A stretch of DNA of 64,000 bases, from positions 62,001-126,000 of the forward strand of contig JAAOMT010000627.1 of NCBI GenBank assembly GCA_016748015.1, written 5' to 3'. The DNA comes from Geosiphon pyriformis uo1 (Eukaryota > Fungi > Glomeromycota). This document shows positions 54,001 through 64,000 of the stretch, piece by piece; position 1 is the stretch's first letter, and every line of letters starts with the position of its first letter. A model generated the notes under the pieces. The model had not been told where the DNA came from. It saw only the letters and a list, made by a program, of their open reading frames with translations, and ran no database searches. Both the position numbers and the translations under genes were made by a program.

Positions 54001-57000
54001 TGAAAAGAAGGCTCTAGAGGTTTGGACCATATTGAATAATGGTGCCAACAGTGTAGATGTTTTTAGTTGTCTGTCCAGATTTAGAAAAAGTTACTGTTGT
54101 TCTAAAATGCATAAGTCTAAAGCTGTTGAAGCTGCCATAATTAAGCATACTATTGATAAGAGAATGGAAAATTTTTGCTTAAACAAAGACCATATAATCA
54201 GAAGTATTTTGGATAAATCTTTTTACAAAGTGGTTTTTGACTATTTGATGGTGGATAATGAACTGGTTTTAGATCCTGGTGAGGTTAAGTTCAAAGTCAA
54301 TATGATAATAGAAAGGTAGACCAGGAAGTGGTCAGTATTTGTGCCTCTTTCTGCTTTTTGGGCTTGTCAGTATGCTCTTTTGTAATATGTGAATGATAGT
54401 GTTTTTTCTGGTGTTATAGATATTATTGGTTTTGATGAGTTTTTTCAGGTTATTAAACATTTGCCAGATGGGAAGGCTGCTGGTCTTAGTGGTATTTCTA
54501 ATGAAATGTGGAAGCATTGTGATAAGATTATTCTCAAAAATTTGTTGGATTTCTTAAATTTGTGCTTAAGATTGGGCATGATTCCAGTTTTGTGGAGAAG
54601 GGCATAGGTCTTAATGATACCTAAGCTTTATAATTGGGATGGTATCTTAACAAACACTTGCCCTATTGCTCTGGTGGAAACTGCTTGCAAAATTCTTTTT
54701 AAAATTCTCTCAGATCAGATTTTTCTCACTTGTAGTAAATTCAGAGTGTTATATAAAAATAATTTTTTCATTCTTAAAGGTATCTTGACACAGTCTTCTA
54801 TTTTTGCTGTTGGTTTGGTGGTAGAAGATGCTTTAAAGAAAAACAGAGAGGTTTGGTTGGTTTTGCGGAATATGTGCAAAACATATAACTCAGTCAGCTG
54901 GCATCATTTAGAAGCTAGTTTGTGATGTATCAAAATATGTAATAAATTCATCAGGTTTTTTGGTGGAATTCATAAGGATAGATTGAACCATATTATGAAA
55001 GTTTTTGGCCTTTTGGATAGTTACCAAATGTTAGATGGTCTTGATCAGAGTAAAGTGTTCTTCTTTCTCCTTTGGCAGATTTTTTATGACCTCTTATTGT
55101 GTAAAGTTAAGAGACAGAAGAGCATATGTGATAACTGAATTAATACCAAGTTTGTGGCCAAAATAGACAGGATAAACAATATAAGTGGGATGACTTTCTT
55201 CTTTGTGGCTAGTGCTTTTGTTGACAATACTATCTGGGTTGGAAGTAGTCAGACTGTTACACAGTTTATATTAGACATTACCAGTAATTTCTTTGTAATT
55301 AATAATATTTCAATTAATAATAACAAAACAGTGGCTATTCTCATTAACCAGAAAGTTCAGAATGCTGTTCTTAGAATTAGTGAATCATTTATTTCAATTG
55401 TCAGATGTAGTGTGCCTTATAGATACTTAGGTATATTCTTGTCAACTAGTGGTTTGTCCAAGCCCAGTTTGGCTAAAGCTTAATCTGATGTCAAGTTTTT
55501 TTCCAATATGGTGTTATGTAAGGCTATTTTAGACAAATAATTTTTGTATTTGGTGTTAGCTGTCTTTCAGCCCATTGTTAATTACCATACTCAGTTTAGT
55601 TTTGTCTCTTTTACTGTTTGTTGGTGTTGGAATGTTCTAGTTAGGAAGAGTTTCAAATTGAAAGCTGGTTTATTCCAGGATTTTCTGAATAAGATGCTAT
55701 ATTACTCTTTACTATATGATCTAAAGATGTTCAAACAAATTCAGGCTGAGGGGAAGTTTGCTTCTGTCATCAATTTTTCTAATGCTTCTAGGGTTGTTGG
55801 TCAGCTTTTTGAATACTATTTCCTGGATTTGCAGATTTTAAGTTGAGTCTCTCTGAATTCCCTACAGTATTTAGTAAAGCTGTGTATTGGTCTTTTCAAC
55901 AATTTTCTGGCTGGGATAGTGCGTATTTTTTTGGACAATAATATTTCTATGGTGAATAATTTGTCTTGTGCTTTTTTTAGTCTTAACAAGTATCTTGTCT
56001 TTAGTGTCTTAGGGCTTTCTTTGTATTATGATCAGGTTAGTTCTTTAAAGAGATTTGGTGTGGCTTTCTGTGACAGACTTTTAGACAAATGCAGTAGAGT
56101 TCTAAATTGGCAAACATTCTGGCATTGGAAAAAACTGGATCCCAAAGGACCTGTATCTTTTTGGTTTGTCTTAGTATTGAGATTCTTGCATAATAAGATT
56201 CTTTTGTCAACATCTCTCAATAGCAATTTTGTGGTAGATGTCAATAATGTTTTGCTTTTGGATCAATTTTTTAATGTTAAGAATGGTCTACTTAAGGTCT
56301 GGTCAGGTTCTATTTCTGTTTTTACAGATGCTCTTTAAAAGAGCTTGGTTTTGTTAATGTAGTTGGAAGTGCTACAGCATTTTTTCCTGAAATCAGATTA
56401 AGTATTAGAGTTAGAGTTGTGGGTTTTTTATTCTCTATGATAGCTGAATTGCAGGCTGTCACCTTGACACTGGAATGTGTACCTTCTTCTTATTTAGTAA
56501 AGGTGTGCTTAGACAATCAAGCTGCTTTAGATGTATGTGTTTTGAAGTTAAAAATAGGTAGTTCTGATTTTTGTAATTGTTGTTGAATAGAAAAGAGACA
56601 TATTGCAAATTTGGTTGTTCATAAGGACATTTTTATAAGCTGGTTTAAGGTTAAAAAACACTTTGGTGTGCTGGGTAATGTTTGTGTAGATGCATTGGTG
56701 AGCACTTTTGCTCATTCCTTTTTACTGTTGCTAATTAATGTGCATAAATACTTTTTAATGACCAATGACATGCCAATTTCTGATAACATTTGGCACTTTG
56801 TTTAGGACATTTTTAGATCTGTAAATTATGCACACTAGAAAGTTGGTCCTGGTTCTAAGATTCTGAATAGTTTTTTTGTGATATTGATTGAATTAGGACC
56901 ATGGCCATTTGGCATCTGGATTTGAGTATGCTGTCTGGTTCTATAAGTAAATCTTTAGCTGGTTTGTGCTCCTATTTTATAAAAACTGTGTATGACAGAC

Positions 57001-57727
57001 TGTCTGTTATGGTTAGAAAAAGACTTTATAACAGGAGCTATCCTGGTGTTTTGTATTTATATTGTGGTAATGTTGAATTCTCCAATCATGTGTTTACTTG
57101 CAGCAAAGATTCTGTTTTTTATAAGGAGATTTTGTTTGAGTATGTATCAGTTTAAAAGTTTTTGGCTGGTTTTTGTCTCTTGACTACTTCTATAGTCTTA
57201 TCTTATGTGTATTTGATATTGGTCTATATGCTCTTTTTTACAAAAGCTTTATGCTGGTAGAGTGGTTTGAAAAAGCTATGCAGATATTTAAAAATTGCAG
57301 AAAGGCTGCACAGGTTTTAGTTGATTTTGTGTAAAATATAGGTGTGCATTACTATTTTGAGTTGTGGGGGTTTAGGTTCAGATTTAGAGCTAATATAATA
57401 AAAGACAATTTGGTTGGTGATTTAGGAGTGTTGCCAGTAGTATGTTGTAATTCAATGCAAGATTTGTCAAACAACATGGTTAGGTTAATTGGTATTGATA
57501 ATTCTTTTGGAATCAGTTTTGGTTTCTGTAAGTCTTGTTTGTTTTTTTCTAGTTTAGATAATATGGCTTCAGTTCATATAAATGTATAGTGTTGTTTTAA
57601 TTAGTCTAAGTGACTAGTCACATGTAGTAAATGCATAAATTACATCTAGCTGGGGTTTACAGTCTTAATTCTGTATACTAGATAATAATTGGGTTGTACT
57701 CATTAAATTAAATATAAAAAAAAAAAA
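51010..57727 (+). mobile_element. LINE copy F, near full length (ORF1 type II 51118-52917; ORF2 type beta 52914-57589)
   Basis: ORF1 aligns to copy E; ORF2 with APE, RT (AFVDNT), RNase H and CCHC remnants; 3'UTR and A-tail. Confidence 0.95.
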
Positions 57728-58338
57728 TTCAACCCATTTTTGTTTGATTATAAAGCTACTATTAACTATAGTATTGCTGTTATAAAGAAATTTGTCAAGA
57801 GTTTTGGTTCTAATACTAAGAGCAAAAATGTTGTTTCAAAGAAATAGAGAAAAAGAGACACTTTAAAAAATAATACTGTTAATAAAATGATTTCTTTAGA
57901 GAGAATGATTAGAGTTTTTTGAAATTCTAATGCTGATAATACAACTGAATCTAATAATATTAATATGGAAAAAAAGTTTCTAGTAAAAAAAACCAGCATA
58001 AATTATGACAAAAAAAATGTGTTTAATGAAAGTAATTATGGCCAAATACTAAAGAAACCAAGATTAATAACAAAAAAGACTTTGGATATACTTTTGGAAA
58101 AAACTCACTTTTTAAATATAGACAATAATAATATTTTTTTGAATGTTCCTATGTTTTTCTCTTTACTACTAAAAAATTTAGTTAATATGTTTGTTAGAAA
58201 GTTATTTGCTTTAAATATCAGTTTGAACAAAGTTGTTGAAAAGTTATTTCAAGAGAAGTTTGTGGTAATTAGAAAATTATTTTCAAAAATTAATGGTTTT
58301 GGAAAAGCTTCTACTTTCTTAAAATTTGCTAAAATTAT
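57728..58338 (+). mobile_element. LINE copy G, 5' fragment (ORF1 type II N-terminus), interrupted by the Gypsy element
   Basis: MEKKFLVKKTS..KLFSKINGFG aligns with E and F ORF1; stops abruptly at the LTR TG. Confidence 0.88.
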
Positions 58339-59079
58339 TGTTACTCATAAAATATAGAAAGTATATTAGCATATAATTTAGCCAATTAGAAGTAGCCATA
58401 GTAAATATGAAATTCCAGAATTCCTAGTGTGAAGAATTGAGAAATTGAGAAATCTCAATTATGTATATATAGCAGTAGTATTAGAAGTAGAAAAGACAGA
58501 TCTTTTAGTTTAGATTTGATCTAAGCAACCTTTTTATTCACAAATACCAATAAATAATTATTTACTATCTTAATCTACTCTCCATTATTAACACTTCATG
58601 TTAATAGTAATTAATACTTAACCACACTAGAACAATAGCTCTTAATTACAGCTATTGACAGAATACTAACTTGCAAATGCTTTGGCTTCTTTTCTTTATC
58701 TTTTTTTTATTTCTTTATTTTATTTTCTTTATTTTGTTGTGTTTATTAATTGATTAAGAATAAAATGCTAAATTATTGACATCACGGATAGCCTGGTAAA
58801 AGACCTAGAAATAAAAGTAGAATTATATATATTAATGGATAGCTTACTAGAAGGACATGACTGCCAGAATAAATCTGGTCACCAAGCTAAAAAAAAAATT
58901 GGAAAACAACTGATTAACAACAGCAATATCATTATCAACTCTATATCTATTATACAAAAGACTCAAACAAAAAATCTTTAGATCCATAATTCTTCCAGTA
59001 ACTGACATCAATTCAGACATTGAGCACCAAGTTACAAGTTTGTTATTTGATTTGAGACCCCAAATAATCATTTGTAACA
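58339..59079 (+). repeat. 5' LTR of family-1 Gypsy
   Basis: TGTTAC...GTAACA; TATA-like TGTATATATAG near 58463; homologous to two solo LTRs in the window. Confidence 0.93.
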
Positions 59080-59081
59080 TT

Positions 59082-59093
59082 TGGTGCTTCTTG
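59082..59093 (+). promoter_or_regulatory. Primer-binding site TGGTGCTTCTTG
   Basis: Starts with TGG after a 2-nt spacer following the LTR CA; a mutated equivalent lies at the same place in the family-2 element. Confidence 0.8.
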
Positions 59094-59119
59094 TAAGTTA
59101 TAATTTTACAGAGAACTAG

Positions 59120-61500
59120 CACCAACAACAATCATCCAAAAGTGGCAGAATCAGAAATCATAGAAGCAAACCATTTAGGATTTGCCAAATTCTTGTTTTA
59201 ATAGTACAGCAAACAGTTAGGATTAAACAACAACCATTTCTTAGCAGAATCAGCCTTCAACTTTTATGTCAATAATAAAATCACAAACTGTTTAGGAGGA
59301 ACAGTTAACATTGAATCTGCAAAAGAAAATTTTTATACAGAATTGTTTCAACATACCAGCTTACCAAGAAACTACAGTTTTACACCAATCATTAGAGAAA
59401 TTAATCAAATCATTGAAAGATACACCCAACAACAATTCCCTATCACCTATGCAGACAAAGACAAAAGAAGATTGCAAACACCAGCAGTAATACCCAAAAA
59501 GATACAATCACTCACTTGGAAGAAAATCAGAGTTAAATTACCAGCCAATTCATCATACTATTATATACTAGAAAGTGCCATCAATATCTTCTCAGTAGAC
59601 ACATCCACATTAAACACAACATCAACCTTTGGACAATTCCCATTTCAAAATAAACAAAGAAGAGCAGAGTTATTAGGACCATACAGTAAATATTTTGAAG
59701 AATTTAAATTGTGATCACTAATGCCATCAAAATTTCAATTACCACCACTTTAACCAGACTTTGAAACCATGAGTTTATGGGAAGTAATGGAATCAAAAGA
59801 AGAAGAAAGTAAGGATCAGGAATTTACTTACCAAAACCCAATTCTAAAAAATCCAAAAATTGAAACTCCGAATTTTCAAACTCCTCAAAATCCGAACAAT
59901 ACAAACTCCAAAACAATTAATCAGCAAAATCTACCTTCAGTAATTGTCATTAATCAGCCACCAATTAAACCCATTATTAAACTGATTTAACAGCAGCCAC
60001 TTCAGCAACCTATTTAACAACTATTTCATCCACCTCAACAACCACAGCAGCCACTTTAACAGTCACAACAACAACTTTAATAACCATCACAATAACAACA
60101 ACAAGTCATAGCACTAATAGCATATGCTTCTATTACCAAACTGAAAAAATTTACTGGTGAAAAAGAGAATGCCTAAGTTTGGCTTAACAACATTGCCAAA
60201 GCAATCACTGCTAACAATTGGGACAATGCTAGAATTCTACAAACTATTCCATACTTTTTGCAAGATACTACCAATTCATGATATCAAAGCTTGATCAATA
60301 AACCTGTTATCTTCAATGTATTTAAAACAAAGTTTTTGAGATATTTTAGCAACAATAATAGCATTAACCAATTGGCCAACACTTTTACTACCATCAAGCA
60401 AGGAAAAACTAAAGCAGTCACTACTTACTTAGGATGCTTCCACAGAAATCTGTGCCAAATTCAGGCCATAGAAGCTGATTATTTCACAGCACCACAAATC
60501 TTAAATCAATTTATTAGAGGCCTGTGCAGTAGTATTCTCCAATGCATACATGTATTGTATTTAGCAGACCTTCAAGCCACTGTTACAAATGCCCGAGATT
60601 TTGAAACAGCTAAACTCAAAGCTAACCACATCCAAGCTGTAAATCTAGTGATGAATGGATCATCTGAATTGGATTCCAAATTGAAGCAATTCAGTAAATC
60701 AATCAATCAGAAATTAGAGGAATACTTAGCTAACAACAATCAGGCAGTTTATTAACCACCACAATAATACAGCAATCAAGGAAACTCCAATTGTTTCCAA
60801 AATCAACCACATTCAGCATCATCAACCAATCAACAGTGACAACAGAAAACATGTGCTTGCTACTATTGTGGTAGACAAGGGCACCTACAAATTAACTGCT
60901 ACTATCAATTAAATACCTAATGATTGGAAAATCAATATTGAAGTTCTGATTGCTGATTTCAAACTCCAAGTTACCAGTCCAACTCAGCACCATATTAACC
61001 AAATTATCTACCTATGACACAACAACCAATCTATCAACCAATTATTTATTAGCCTCTAGCACTCATAGTTTATCAACCTCAATCTTAACCAATATATTAA
61101 TCACAGCCTTAAGTAATTTATCAACCCCAACAAATTCTAATACCACCATTAAACTCAGCTCAGATAACATCAGAAAATCTCAGATCAAGAGTCACCCAAA
61201 ACTGAAGATTGGCAATAGTTGTCCACCAACTGATTTCCAGTTCATCCAACCAGCTGTTAGAATCATGCCAGTAGAGTTTAGGAACCAGGTATACTCAAAA
61301 CCCAAATTCCCAGAACTATTTAAGTCTTCTGGCTATCCCAAAAGACACCTTATCCAACAACTTGGAAACAAACCAGAAATCACTTACCAGCAACATACTA
61401 CCAGCCACCATTACAAAAAATGAGTTACTTGCAGCTATATTTCTCTTCAAAATTAAGGAACTGTTAGAAACCTCTTTGTTCAGTAGGGCTGCATTTAAAG
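59120..61500 (+). pseudogene. Gypsy gag (capsid-like domain ~60120-60630, CCHC knuckle 60858-60899, Gln/Pro-rich linkers)
   Basis: KFTGE..VWL, TIKQGKTKAVTTYLGCF, QFIRGL, CYYCGRQGHLQINC; start position approximate. Confidence 0.85.
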
Positions 61501-61517
61501 AAAAACCCATCATAGTG

Positions 61518-61870
61518 ATGTACACTGATGCCAAAATTAATGGTCATTCCATCAAACTGATCCTAGATAGTGGATCAGCTGACAGCATTATCACAAGACA
61601 GTTCATAAACCGATTAGGTTGTCAAGTTGATTGAGCTGCCAGTGCAAGGATAATTATCACTAATAGAGCCACCAAGACTCCAATTGGTAAAATATATGAC
61701 TTACCCATCAAAGTCAATGGCATTATTGTACTGATTAAGGTATTAATCATGGAAGCCACTTAGTACCAAGCACTTATGGGCAATGACTGGCTGTTCAAAA
61801 TCAATGCAATGCTCGATTGGAACACTCAAAAGCTCCAGCTTAACCAGAATGGTTAATACACACATGTATC
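61518..61870 (+). pseudogene. Retropepsin aspartic protease domain
   Basis: LILDSGSA (DSG at 61566-61574) and ALMGNDWL. Confidence 0.9.
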
Positions 61871-63035
61871 AGCCACATATGACCACTTCAAGCCTATTAA
61901 TATGTTATTAGCACCACTCATCAAGTTTGAAGAAGAAGAAAAAAAACCTACCTGGAAGGTATATCAAATTTTTTGGGCTGATAACAATCACAACAAGCTA
62001 CTACCAATTCTAGACTGGGGAAAAAAAGACAAAGGAAAAAGGAAAAAAAACATACCTGAAAAGAACCAGGACAACACAAAAACTAGTGATTGGGAAAATT
62101 TCTACTTCATAGATACCAGACCAGAACCATCTTATATTCTATTGAGGTATAAAGACTGCAAGAAGAAATTATCTTCTATAAAAGCTTAGATCACATTAGA
62201 CAAAAATTACTAAATGCAAATCCACTATTATTATAAGTCATGCCACAGAGAACAGTATGGCTATCCAAAATAACAAGACAAGTAGGACAATAAACTATGT
62301 CTCACTTGTGAAAAACAGTTGCTCAATAAAGAAATATGGAACAACATTTCTGGTTGAGGAAGAATGTACAACACTTCATGCCAATACACAATCCTCATAA
62401 GTGATTGGTTCAGTCATAGCACTCCTATTACTACAGCTTGGCACCAAGCAATAATTCATTTGAATGGTTACCTACATGATGAGAACAAGATCTGGCAGAT
62501 GGCAAATGCCAAAATTGAAGGAGCCACACCCAGCAAAATATTAAAAATCAAAAATAACCCTCCAGAACCAGTTGACATCATACTCATTCCAAATCCAGAT
62601 GTTTTTCTCGACATAAAAACAGGCTCAGAGGAGTTTCATAAGCACTACCAAAATTTGGCACCAACAAAAAAAGAGCAAAAACAGCATTTGGAAGAAATAA
62701 ACACCTGATTATGTAACCACTGTTTAATCTCATATAACTTTCAATATTGTAATAAGTGTGACCTTATTTACAATTCACTACTACACATAATCTACACAAT
62801 CCCAGAGAAAGATAAACTAATTAACAGCTGCAGATCAAAATCAAAATCAATTTTCAATCCTAATTTAAACTCTGACAATGATGATAACAAAAATAATGGT
62901 TCCAGCTCTGTTCAAAATGACAATAAAAAATATGATGATTCAAACTCTGATTCAAACCCCAAAACATATATTGCACTCCTTGATCTCACTAAAGAGCAAG
63001 AACTGAAATGGTTTAGTGATAATAATGAAAGTAGC

Positions 63036-63430
63036 ATGCCAGAATGTGTACATGATACTGACACAGGATTTGATCTGAAATATTCAGGAAAGGATGCCAT
63101 CAAATTAGAACCATATTTGTGCACATGCATTGACCTTAAAGTAGCACTGGAAATTCCAGCAACAACAATAATTCAATTAGCATTTAGAAATAACTTAGCA
63201 AAAAAAGGAATCAATATCAGAGAAAGAATAATTGATACAGAATATATAGAAAATATCATTGCTATGTTACAAAATAACTCAGAAAAGACCTATGTAATAG
63301 AGCCAAACAAAAAGATAGTACAGGCAATATTCCTGCCTCTGGTAAAAATAGCCCAATTAATATTAGTAAGAAACAGAAAAAAATTAGGGATTACAGCAAA
63401 AGAGATACAGAGATTTGGATTTACAAGAAG
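63036..63430 (+). pseudogene. dUTPase domain within Gypsy pol
   Basis: Five motifs, mutated by transitions: DTGFDL, AFRNNLA (ex-ASRSSLA), IIDTEY (ex-GIIDAGY), KIVQAI, RFGFT (ex-GFGST). Confidence 0.9.
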
Positions 63431-64000
63431 AATAGATGTATCAGTCAATATGGCAGAGAAAGAGGTTAGTGACAAGAGAAAAATTATCTCTACCTATCAA
63501 CCAATTTTCATTCCACCATATGACTAGTACATAGTAGTCATAGAAAAAAAAGTGAAGAATCAGGTCCAGATTTTTGAGACAGAAGCAACACTTTGTAAAT
63601 CAGAAAAGATTGGATTAGTCAATCTACACATACCAGCCAAAAATCACAGTCACATTAAAATCCCTATTTACAACAACACAAAAGACATTATTGAGATACC
63701 AGAAAAAACCACCATTGGATATTTAACCACCAAAATTAACGAACAACCACCAAATCTCATTTCAGACTTTCCACAATTGTGTGGATATGTAGATATCACA
63801 TCACAAACAATATACAAACGAGAAGAATGTTATCTGCTCCAACTAGAACAATTGAAACAGATAAACTTGGAAAATTTAGACCCATTTCAATGAATGCAAT
63901 TCAAAATGTTACTCAACAATTTCAATGACATCTTTGCCAATGAAAATGAATTTGGCAGAACTAACATAATCTAGCATTAGATTAAGACTGGAGATGCAAT

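Larger units (their letters stand above)
58339..64000 (+). mobile_element. Ty3/Gypsy LTR retrotransposon (family 1), runs off the window end
   Basis: 5' LTR, PBS, gag with Zn knuckle, aspartic protease, dUTPase, start of RT region (NEFGRTNII.H.IKTGDA). Confidence 0.95.

Noticed and set aside
61301-61307. CCCAAAT as a gag-pol -1 slippery site
   Set aside because: Gag and protease are already in the same frame, so no shift is needed.

Overview
Eukaryotic (fungal) genomic DNA, about 85% degraded retroelements around one two-gene island (~42.3-50.2 kb). The island holds a 9-exon molybdenum cofactor sulfurase gene (hxB/MOCOS, + strand) and a convergent intronless PPR-protein gene (- strand). The rest is a nest of eight LINE copies or fragments (ORF1 with CCHC knuckle; ORF2 with APE, RT, RNase H and C-terminal Zn finger), two Ty3/Gypsy elements whose pol carries a Cys-rich domain plus a dUTPase between protease and RT, and four solo LTRs with 4-bp target-site duplications (TSDs). 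All repeats are eroded by C->T/G->A transitions on both strands, from mild to near-complete loss of G+C, while the gene island keeps its CpGs. From memory these TE families resemble those of Glomeromycotina, especially Geosiphon pyriformis; this is unverified inference. Main leads: (1) RIP-like repeat hypermutation that is not limited to CpG, in a probable non-Dikarya fungus; (2) two ORF1 types and two ORF2/3'UTR types found in all four combinations across a conserved ATGA stop-start junction; (3) a conserved unannotated Cys-rich domain plus dUTPase in Gypsy pol, and an accessory ORF at the env position; (4) a long U5-PBS hairpin. All alignments were made by eye. Boundaries in the most AT-rich stretches are approximate.
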